A stretch of 15,664 nt of DNA from positions 1 through 15,664 of the forward strand of contig JBBRLI010000040.1 in the NCBI GenBank assembly GCA_038231455.1, read 5' to 3'. The position numbers were made by a program, and so were the translations under genes. Shown in pieces: positions 8,975 through 15,664 of the stretch. The notes beneath the pieces were generated by a model. It searched no databases and had not been told where the DNA came from. It was given only the letters and a program-made list of their open reading frames with translations. Numbering within the stretch: the first letter of the stretch is position 1; each line of letters opens with the position of its first letter. Source of the DNA: Vulcanimicrobiales bacterium. GTDB lineage: Bacteria; Vulcanimicrobiota; Vulcanimicrobiia; Vulcanimicrobiales; Vulcanimicrobiaceae.

Positions 8975-9544
8975 ATGGCAGAACGTCTTAGAGAAAAATA
9001 CCAGGCCACGGTCCGTCAGTCGATGACGGAGAAGTTCGGCTATAAGAATTTCCACATGGTTCCCAAGCTCGACAAAGTTGTCATCAACATGTCGGTCGGC
9101 GATGCCATCACGAATTCGAAGATCCTCGATGTCGCCGTGCGTGAACTCGAAGTGATTTCGGGTCAGAAGCCGATCATCACCAAGGCCAAGAAGTCGATCG
9201 CGGCATTCAAACTGCGCGAAGGCATGAACGTGGGCTGCAAAGTCACGCTTCGTGGCGAGCGCATGTACGTGTTCCTCGATAAACTCTTCAACATCGTGCT
9301 CCCGCGCATTCGCGACTTCCGCGGTCTCTCGCGTAAGTCGTTCGACGGTCGCGGCAACTACAACATGGGCCTCAAAGAGCAGTTGGTTTTCCCGGAAGTC
9401 AACTTCGATAAGGTCGAGAAAGCTCGCGGCATGGACATCGTCATCGTGACGACGGCCAAGACCGACGAAGAAGCGACGGAATTTCTCACGCAAATGGGCC
9501 TGCCGCTGCAGAAGCCCACGACTACGGCTGGAGCAACTGCGTAA
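8975..9544 (+). CDS. rplE: 50S ribosomal protein L5
   Basis: [46 protein letters not shown]. Confidence 0.99.
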   Translation: MAERLREKYQATVRQSMTEKFGYKNFHMVPKLDKVVINMSVGDAITNSKILDVAVRELEVISGQKPIITKAKKSIAAFKLREGMNVGCKVTLRGERMYVFLDKLFNIVLPRIRDFRGLSRKSFDGRGNYNMGLKEQLVFPEVNFDKVEKARGMDIVIVTTAKTDEEATEFLTQMGLPLQKPTTTAGATA

Positions 9545-9729
9545 TGGCGAAAACCGCCCTCGTCGAACAATCCAAGCATCCGCAAAAGTTTGCGGTGCGC
9601 AATCACAATCGCTGCAAGATTTGCGGACGTCCGCGTGGATATCTCCGCAAGTTTGCGATGTGCCGCATTTGTTTCCGCGAAAATGCGCATCGCGGTTTCG
9701 TTCCCGGTGTGACCAAGGCGTCTTGGTAA
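9544..9729 (+). CDS. rpsN: 30S ribosomal protein S14, short zinc-binding (type Z) form
   Basis: 61 aa, [26 protein letters not shown]. Confidence 0.98.
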   Translation: MAKTALVEQSKHPQKFAVRNHNRCKICGRPRGYLRKFAMCRICFRENAHRGFVPGVTKASW

Positions 9730-9755
9730 CTGCCGAGAGTTAAAGGGAATATATT

Positions 9756-10157
9756 ATGGGCGTTATCACCGATCCGATCGCTGACATGTTGACCCGTATC
9801 CGCAACGCGAATACGGCCAACCACCAGACGGTCGACATTCCGGCCTCGAAGATGAAGAAGGCGGTCGCCGTCATCCTCAAAGACGAAGGCTTCATCACCG
9901 ACTTTGCGATGGTTTCCGAAGGGCCGCAAGGCACGCTTCGCGTCACCCTAAAGTACGGTCCGGAAAAAGAGAAAGTCATTACCAACTTGCGCCGGATCAG
10001 CCGGCCGGGTCTGCGCGTCTACACGACCAAAACGGAAATCCCGCGCGTTCTCGGTGGCCTTGGTCTTGTCATCATCTCAACTTCAAAGGGCATCATGTCG
10101 GGCAAGCGCGCGAAGCGCGAAGGCTTCGGCGGTGAAGTCCTCGCGTACGTGTGGTAA
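9756..10157 (+). CDS. rpsH: 30S ribosomal protein S8
   Basis: [40 protein letters not shown]. Confidence 0.99.
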   Translation: MGVITDPIADMLTRIRNANTANHQTVDIPASKMKKAVAVILKDEGFITDFAMVSEGPQGTLRVTLKYGPEKEKVITNLRRISRPGLRVYTTKTEIPRVLGGLGLVIISTSKGIMSGKRAKREGFGGEVLAYVW

Positions 10158-10162
10158 GCGAG

Positions 10163-10279
10163 ATGCCGGTGATGGAGCGAGCCCAGTCAATTCTTCAGCT
10201 AAGCAACACGTTAGTTGCGAGCTCGTCCTGGGGGCCCCACGTAGTGGGGGGCGCGCAGGCTGGGCCGGAGCGCATTTAA
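10163..10279 (+). CDS. Putative 38-aa bridging sORF MPVMERAQSILQLSNTLVASSSWGPHVVGGAQAGPERI
   Basis: ATG 5 nt after the rpsH TAA; stop TAA 10277-10279, 1 nt before the rplF ATG (10281). Confidence 0.5.
   Translation: MPVMERAQSILQLSNTLVASSSWGPHVVGGAQAGPERI
10168..10273 (+). repeat. Intergenic repeat copy 2 (rpsH-rplF)
   Basis: GGTGATGGAGCGAGCCCAG, 29 nt variable (10187-10215), TGCGAGCTCG, CTGGGGGCCCCACGTAGTGGGGGGCGCGCAG, CGGAGCGC. Confidence 0.9.
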
Positions 10280-10280
10280 A

Positions 10281-10829
10281 ATGTCACGTATTGGTAAAGT
10301 ACCCGTCGCTGTTCCCGCTGGCGTTGATATCAACGTCAAGCCCGGATTCGTGCACGTCAAAGGCCCCAAGGGTGAACTCAACCAGCACATCCTCGATCAC
10401 GTCACCGTGACCGTTACCGATGGCCACGTGCAAGTCGATCGCAAGGGCGATGACAAACCGTCGCGCTCGGCGCACGGCCTCACGCGCACGCTGATCTCGA
10501 ACATGGTCGAAGGCGTCACCAAGGGCTTCCGCAAGAGCCTCGAGCTCCAAGGCGTCGGCTACCGCGTTGCCAAGGCCGGCGAGAAGATCAATCTGTCGCT
10601 TGGGTTCTCGCATCCGGTGAGCTACGATCCGCCCAAGGGCATCGCGTTTACCATCGAGGGCACGACGAAGATTCACGTCGATGGGATCGACAAACAGCAA
10701 GTCGGACAAGTTGCCGCTGAAATCCGCGACCTTCGTCCGCCCGAACCCTACAAGGGCAAAGGCGTTCGTTATGAAGGCGAAGTCGTGCGTAAGAAGATGG
10801 GCAAGGCCGGTAAGGCCGGGAAGAAATAA
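10281..10829 (+). CDS. rplF: 50S ribosomal protein L6
   Basis: [35 protein letters not shown]. Confidence 0.99.
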   Translation: MSRIGKVPVAVPAGVDINVKPGFVHVKGPKGELNQHILDHVTVTVTDGHVQVDRKGDDKPSRSAHGLTRTLISNMVEGVTKGFRKSLELQGVGYRVAKAGEKINLSLGFSHPVSYDPPKGIAFTIEGTTKIHVDGIDKQQVGQVAAEIRDLRPPEPYKGKGVRYEGEVVRKKMGKAGKAGKK

Positions 10830-11197
10830 TGGCTCGTCAAGTATCGAAAAATATCTCGCGCGTCAAGCGCCATGGCCGTCTTCGCAAGAAGGTCATCGGC
10901 ACGACGGCCCGCCCGCGCCTGCAGATCTTCCGCTCGCTCCACCACATCTACGCAGCCGTGATCGACGACACGAAGGGTCACACCCTCGTCGCCGCGTCCA
11001 CGCGCGAGAAGTCGGTCGCAGGCGGCCTCGACTCGCGTACCAACATCGAAGCTGCCACCAAAATCGGCACGACGATCGCGGAAAAAGCCAAAGCCGCCGG
11101 CATCACCGCCGTCGTCTTCGATACCAGTGGTCTCAAGTATCACGGCCGCGTCGCAGCACTCGCTGCGGCCGCGCGTGAAACCGGTTTGGAGTTTTAG
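10829..11197 (+). CDS. rplR: 50S ribosomal protein L18
   Basis: [38 protein letters not shown]. Confidence 0.98.
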   Translation: MARQVSKNISRVKRHGRLRKKVIGTTARPRLQIFRSLHHIYAAVIDDTKGHTLVAASTREKSVAGGLDSRTNIEAATKIGTTIAEKAKAAGITAVVFDTSGLKYHGRVAALAAAARETGLEF

Positions 11198-11200
11198 GCT

Positions 11201-11707
11201 ATGTACAATCGTGGTCGCGAACGCGACAACTCCGGTTTCGAAGAGACCGTGGTCCGCATCAACCGCGTTGCTAAAGTCGTCAAGGGCGGCAAACGCTTTA
11301 GCTTCAGCGCACTCGTCGTCGTCGGCGACCGCAAAGGCAAAGTGGGCTTCGCCATCGGCAAAGCGGGCGAAGTCCCCGAAGCCATTCGCAAGGGTGTGGA
11401 GCAGGCCCGCAAGGCCCTCGTCACCGTGCCGATGGTCGAACGCACGATCCCGCACGAAATCACCAAGCAAGTCGGCGCGGGCCGCGTGATGCTTAAGCCC
11501 GCCTCGCCCGGTACGGGCGTTATCGCCGGCGGCGCGATGCGCGCGGTGCTCGAACTCGCCGGCATACACGACATTCTTACGAAGTCGCTTGGAACCGCGA
11601 ATCCGATCAACGTCGTGTACGCGACGATCGAAGCCCTCAAATCGCTGCGGACCGCCGAGCAAGTCGCAGCCTTGCGCGGCAAAACGGTCTCGGAACTCTT
11701 TATTTAA
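11201..11707 (+). CDS. rpsE: 30S ribosomal protein S5
   Basis: [33 protein letters not shown]. Confidence 0.99.
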   Translation: MYNRGRERDNSGFEETVVRINRVAKVVKGGKRFSFSALVVVGDRKGKVGFAIGKAGEVPEAIRKGVEQARKALVTVPMVERTIPHEITKQVGAGRVMLKPASPGTGVIAGGAMRAVLELAGIHDILTKSLGTANPINVVYATIEALKSLRTAEQVAALRGKTVSELFI

Positions 11708-11709
11708 TT

Positions 11710-12273
11710 ATGGCAAAAGCAACAACGAAGAAGGCTTCGGCCTCAGCCTCGTCAGCCGCCGTCGCACCGATCGCCTCGGCGACCGGATCGCTTGTGACGC
11801 TTGCGGGTCTCAAACCCAATAGACATTCCCGTCCGAAGCGTACGCGCGTCGGCCGCGGACACGGTTCGGGCATGGTCAAGACCGGCGGCGAAGGCGGCAA
11901 AGGTCAGACCGTGCGTTCGGGCGGCGGTAAGGGACCTGCGTTCGAAGGCGGACAGACCCCGTGGGCCCGTCGTCTTCCGCAACAACGCGGTATTTCGCAG
12001 CGTGCACGCGACATCGGCCACTTCGGTCAGGTGTTCGCCGTGATCAACCTTGCGGATCTCGCCGACTGGGACACCTCGGTTGAAGTATCGCCGCAGTCGC
12101 TGAAGGCAGCAAAGAAACTCAAAGATCTTCGCGACGGCGTGAAGATTCTTGGCGGATCCAAGTCCGGCAAGTCGCTTCCGACCGGCCTGAAATTCCGCGA
12201 TATCGCCTTCTCATCGACGGCCCGCGAAGCACTCGCCGCCGCCGGTGCGAAATTCGAAGAGATCGAAGGTTAA
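11710..12273 (+). CDS. rplO: 50S ribosomal protein L15 with N-terminal Ala-rich extension
   Basis: RVGRGHGSGMVKTGGEGGKGQTVRSG, FEGGQTP, VINL, GVKILG, FS..AREAL.AAG. Confidence 0.96.
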   Translation: MAKATTKKASASASSAAVAPIASATGSLVTLAGLKPNRHSRPKRTRVGRGHGSGMVKTGGEGGKGQTVRSGGGKGPAFEGGQTPWARRLPQQRGISQRARDIGHFGQVFAVINLADLADWDTSVEVSPQSLKAAKKLKDLRDGVKILGGSKSGKSLPTGLKFRDIAFSSTAREALAAAGAKFEEIEG

Positions 12274-12279
12274 CTTCAC

Positions 12280-13569
12280 TTGCTGACAACGCTGCGCGCG
12301 GCGCTGCTCGTCCCGGACATCCGTAAACGCATCGGCTTCGTGTTCGCTGCGTTTGCGCTTTTCGTGTTCATGATCCACGTTCAGATCCCGAACGTGAACG
12401 CGCAAGTCTGGGAACGGCTCCTCGCACAGGGCACGTTCTATAACTTCCTTGGGTTCCTCTCGGGCGGAGCGCTTCAGCGCCTTTCCGTCATCGCGATGGG
12501 AATCACGCCGTACATCAACGCCAGTATCATCATGCAGCTGATGACCGTGGTCATCCCGCAGCTCGAAGAGATGGCGAAGAAAGGCGGCGAGGAAGGTCGC
12601 AAAAAGATCAGCCAGTACACGCGCTGGCTGACGATCGTGCTTGCCGTCGTGCAAGCAACGACCATGACGATCGCTATGAAGAACTCGGGCGTCTTCTACG
12701 ACACCTCGATCTTCTTCGTGCTCTACGTGATCGTGGCGATGGTCTCCGGTACGCTTTTCTTGATGTGGCTCGGCGAGCAGATCACGGACAAAGGCATCGG
12801 CAACGGTATCTCGCTGATCATTTTTGTCGGCATCGTGCTGCGCTTTCCCTCACAGCTGGGCAAGACGTTTCAGCTTGCGGGCAAGGGCGCCGAAGTCAAT
12901 TATCTTGGGCTCTTGCTCTTCATCGCGATCGCGTTGATCACCGTCGTCTCGATCGTCTTCATGTATCAAGGACAGCGCCGCATTCCGGTGCAGCAAGCGC
13001 GTCGCGTCGTCGGCCGTAAGATGTTCGCAGGTCGTAGTTCGTACATTCCGTTACGCCTCAACAACGCCGGCGTCATCTCGATCATTTTCGCGATCTCGAT
13101 TTTGCTCTTGCCGCAACAGGCGCTCTCGTGGTTCCAGCACGGCAACACGGGCCCGGGTTCACAAGTCTCGCTGTTCTTGCAGACCTACTTTGGTCCGAAC
13201 ACGTTCTTGTACAATCTCGTGTACTTCATCTTGGTCGTCGTGTTCACGTTCTTCTACTCGGCAATCGTCGTCAACACGCGCGACATCGCGGATAATTTGA
13301 AGAAGTCGGGTTCGTTCATCCCAGGCATCCGTCCGGGCCAGCCGACGGTCGATTATATCAATAAGATTCTGCTTCGTATCACGACGGCCGCCGCCGTGTA
13401 TCTCGGTCTGCTCGCCGTCTTGCCGTCGCTCCAGCGCGACCTCGGCGTCGGCCAGCTCTACATCGGCTCGACCTCGCTGCTCATCGTCGTCGGCGTGGCG
13501 CTCGACTCGATCACGCAAATCGAAGCGCGCCTGGCAATGCGCGACTACCGCGGTTTCATCAAAAAGTAA
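12280..13569 (+). CDS. secY: Preprotein translocase subunit SecY
   Basis: TTG start; multiple TM segments; [55 protein letters not shown]. Confidence 0.99.
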   Translation: MLTTLRAALLVPDIRKRIGFVFAAFALFVFMIHVQIPNVNAQVWERLLAQGTFYNFLGFLSGGALQRLSVIAMGITPYINASIIMQLMTVVIPQLEEMAKKGGEEGRKKISQYTRWLTIVLAVVQATTMTIAMKNSGVFYDTSIFFVLYVIVAMVSGTLFLMWLGEQITDKGIGNGISLIIFVGIVLRFPSQLGKTFQLAGKGAEVNYLGLLLFIAIALITVVSIVFMYQGQRRIPVQQARRVVGRKMFAGRSSYIPLRLNNAGVISIIFAISILLLPQQALSWFQHGNTGPGSQVSLFLQTYFGPNTFLYNLVYFILVVVFTFFYSAIVVNTRDIADNLKKSGSFIPGIRPGQPTVDYINKILLRITTAAAVYLGLLAVLPSLQRDLGVGQLYIGSTSLLIVVGVALDSITQIEARLAMRDYRGFIKK

Positions 13570-13710
13570 ATGGCGATGGAGCGAGCGCAGCAGATTGTCG
13601 CCTCTGCAGTCCGGCTCATTGCGAGCTCGGGCCGGGAGCTCCATGCTCTGCATGTGGAGCGCGGAGCCTTGGGCGGAGCGCCTTTCAGCGGCACGAGCAG
13701 ATCGTCATGA
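13570..13710 (+). CDS. Putative 46-aa bridging s[49 protein letters not shown]
   Basis: ATG immediately after the secY TAA; stop TGA 13708-13710 overlaps the adk ATG (ATGA). Confidence 0.5.
   Translation: MAMERAQQIVASAVRLIASSGRELHALHVERGALGGAPFSGTSRSS
13572..13683 (+). repeat. Intergenic repeat copy 3 (secY-adk)
   Basis: GGCGATGGAGCGAGCGCAG, 29 nt variable (13591-13619), TGCGAGCTCG, a divergent hairpin GCTCCA..TGGAGC, CGGAGCGCCTT. Confidence 0.85.
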
Positions 13711-14354
13711 TTCTCGTTCTTCTCGGTCCTCCGGGCGCGGGCAAAGGCACGCAAGCGAAGGTGCTCGAGGAAAAGTTTGGCATGCGCCAGATTTCGACCG
13801 GCGACATCCTGCGGCACAATCGCCGCATGGGCACGCCGCTCGGCAAAGAAGCGCTGTCGTTCATGGATGCGGGCCAACTCGTGCCCGATGACCTCATCAT
13901 TCGCATGATGGAGCCCGAACTTGCAAGCGAGGGCGGCAAGTTGCTCGATGGGTTCCCGCGCACGGTCGCGCAGGCCGAAGCGCTCGATGCATTGCTCGCC
14001 AAACACGGCGCCGATGCCGCGACGGCGATTCTGTTTTCCGTCGACATCGACGTGATGAAAGAACGCCTCTCGGGTCGCTGGACCAATCCGCGCACCGGCC
14101 GTACGTATCACGAGAAATTCAATCCGCCCAAAGTCGCCGGTGTTGATGATGAAGACGGCGGTGCCCTCGTGCAGCGGGATGATGACAAACCCGAAGCCGT
14201 CGCTACGCGTCTTGACGTCTACGAAAAGCAGACGACTCCGCTGATCGGTTACTACGAGAAGTCCGGCCGACTTTCCAAGATCGATGCGCTCGCCCCGATT
14301 GTCGATGTCTCCAAGGAGATCGTCGCGCTGGTTGACGGCGTCAAATCCGTATGA
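13707..14354 (+). CDS. adk: Adenylate kinase
   Basis: [36 protein letters not shown]. Confidence 0.98.
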   Translation: MILVLLGPPGAGKGTQAKVLEEKFGMRQISTGDILRHNRRMGTPLGKEALSFMDAGQLVPDDLIIRMMEPELASEGGKLLDGFPRTVAQAEALDALLAKHGADAATAILFSVDIDVMKERLSGRWTNPRTGRTYHEKFNPPKVAGVDDEDGGALVQRDDDKPEAVATRLDVYEKQTTPLIGYYEKSGRLSKIDALAPIVDVSKEIVALVDGVKSV

Positions 14355-15154
14355 TTACGATCAAGAGCACGCGCGAAATCGAGATTATGCGCCGTAGCGG
14401 TAAGGTCACATCGAAGACACTCGAGATGCTCATCGCCTCGGTCAAGCCCGGCATGACGACCGCGCAAGTCGACAAGATGGCCGAGGACTCGATCCGCTCG
14501 ATGGGCGGCATCCCGACCTTTATCGGCTATCACGGCTACCCGTCGACGATTTGCGCCTCCGTCAACGAAGAAGTCGTCCACGGCATGCCCGGTCCGCGCG
14601 TGCTCAACGATGGCGACCTGCTTTCCATCGACATCGGCACGACCCTCGACGGCTACGTCTCGGATTCGGCTGTCACGATTGCGATCGGCAACGTGTCCCT
14701 GGAAGCCAAGCGCTTGATGCGCGTGACCCAGGAATGCTTGATGCATGGCATCGCCCAGATGAAGCGCGGTAATCGGCTTTCGGATATCGGCCATGCGGTG
14801 CAAACTCATGCCGAGAAAAACGGTTATGGTGTGGTGCGCGATCTTGTCGGGCATGGAATCGGTACCAAGATGCACGAAGAGCCGCAAGTGCCCAACTACG
14901 GCCCGCCGGGCCAGGGCCCCGAACTGCGCGTCGGCTTGTGTCTTGCGATCGAGCCGATGATCACCGAGGGAACTTGGCAAGTCGAAACGCTGCAAGATGG
15001 CTGGACCGTCGTGACGGCGGACGGCAAGCTCGCCGCTCACTTCGAACATACGATTGCGATCATGGATGACGGTCCGCGGATCCTCACCCTGCGCAACGCC
15101 TACGAACATCCCGATGTCGAGAAGTTCCGCCCCAAAGAAGAAGTTGCAGCGTAA
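14351..15154 (+). CDS. map: Methionine aminopeptidase type I
   Basis: [49 protein letters not shown]. Confidence 0.98.
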   Translation: MITIKSTREIEIMRRSGKVTSKTLEMLIASVKPGMTTAQVDKMAEDSIRSMGGIPTFIGYHGYPSTICASVNEEVVHGMPGPRVLNDGDLLSIDIGTTLDGYVSDSAVTIAIGNVSLEAKRLMRVTQECLMHGIAQMKRGNRLSDIGHAVQTHAEKNGYGVVRDLVGHGIGTKMHEEPQVPNYGPPGQGPELRVGLCLAIEPMITEGTWQVETLQDGWTVVTADGKLAAHFEHTIAIMDDGPRILTLRNAYEHPDVEKFRPKEEVAA

Positions 15155-15194
15155 TTCGCTGCCGCTAAACTATCACCGATAAAGAGAAAGTGCT

Positions 15195-15311
15195 ATGAAA
15201 GTTCGTCCGTCCGTTAAACGTATCTGCGAGAAATGCAAAGTGATCCGCCGCGAAGGCAAAGTTCGCGTCATTTGCGACGTGAATCCTAAACACAAACAGG
15301 TGCAAGGCTAA
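15195..15311 (+). CDS. rpmJ: 50S ribosomal protein L36 (zinc-binding form)
   Basis: Not in the ORF track. Manual translation [38 protein letters not shown]. Confidence 0.98.
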   Translation: MKVRPSVKRICEKCKVIRREGKVRVICDVNPKHKQVQG

Positions 15312-15664
15312 TGGCTCGTATTTCCGGTATCGATCTGCCGCGCGAAAAGCGCATCGAGATCGCCCTCACGTATATCTTCGGGATCGGCGTGCCGACAGCG
15401 AAGCAAATCCTCGCCGATACCGGTGTGGATCCGAACATCCGCGTCAAAGATCTTTCTATGGAAGACGAGCAGAAGGTTCGCGAAGCGATCGATGGCCGGA
15501 TCAAGGTCGAAGGCGACCTCCGCCGTGAAATCGCCGGCCACATCAAACGTCTGACGGACATCGGTTGCTACCGCGGCCTGCGTCACCGTCGCGGCCTGCC
15601 CGTGCGCGGTCAGCGTACGAAGACCAACGCGCGCACGCGCAAGGGTCCCAAGCGCACCGTCGCC
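15311..15664 (+). CDS. rpsM: 30S ribosomal protein S13 (partial, runs off window)
   Basis: [26 protein letters not shown]...[35 protein letters not shown] overlap with rpmJ. Confidence 0.99.
   Translation, partial: MARISGIDLPREKRIEIALTYIFGIGVPTAKQILADTGVDPNIRVKDLSMEDEQKVREAIDGRIKVEGDLRREIAGHIKRLTDIGCYRGLRHRRGLPVRGQRTKTNARTRKGPKRTVA

Noticed and set aside
10054-10410. ORF-track ORFs crossing the repeats (10054-10410, 13595-13891, 4444-4800, 5099-5377)
   Set aside because: They overlap established genes extensively out of frame or antisense. The short stop-to-start ORFs fit the spacers far better.

Overview
Bacterial high-GC chromosomal window. Positions 1-650 hold the 3' end of an IS3-family-like element and a lower-GC membrane-protein gene remnant. 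Positions 746-2608 are a phnD-like Tat-exported substrate-binding protein, a phnC-like ABC ATPase and an acylphosphatase, with no permease. From about 2640 to the end is the S10-spc-alpha ribosomal protein superoperon: rplC D W B, rpsS, rplV, rpsC, rplP, rpmC, rpsQ, rplN X E, rpsN(Z), rpsH, rplF R, rpsE, rplO, secY, adk, map, rpmJ, rpsM (partial). It starts at its own sigma70-type promoter and lacks rpsJ, rpmD and infA at their usual positions. The gene order looks Terrabacteria-like (inference). The most unusual signal: the four long spacers inside the operon (rplW-rplB, rplB-rpsS, rpsH-rplF, secY-adk) carry members of one small repeat family. Three are direct copies with conserved blocks around an exactly 29-nt variable segment; one is a divergent partial inverted copy. 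Each spacer is spanned by an unannotated 35-46 aa ORF that starts 0-5 nt after the upstream stop and ends at or over the downstream start codon. These look like 'translational bridge' elements that preserve translational coupling.
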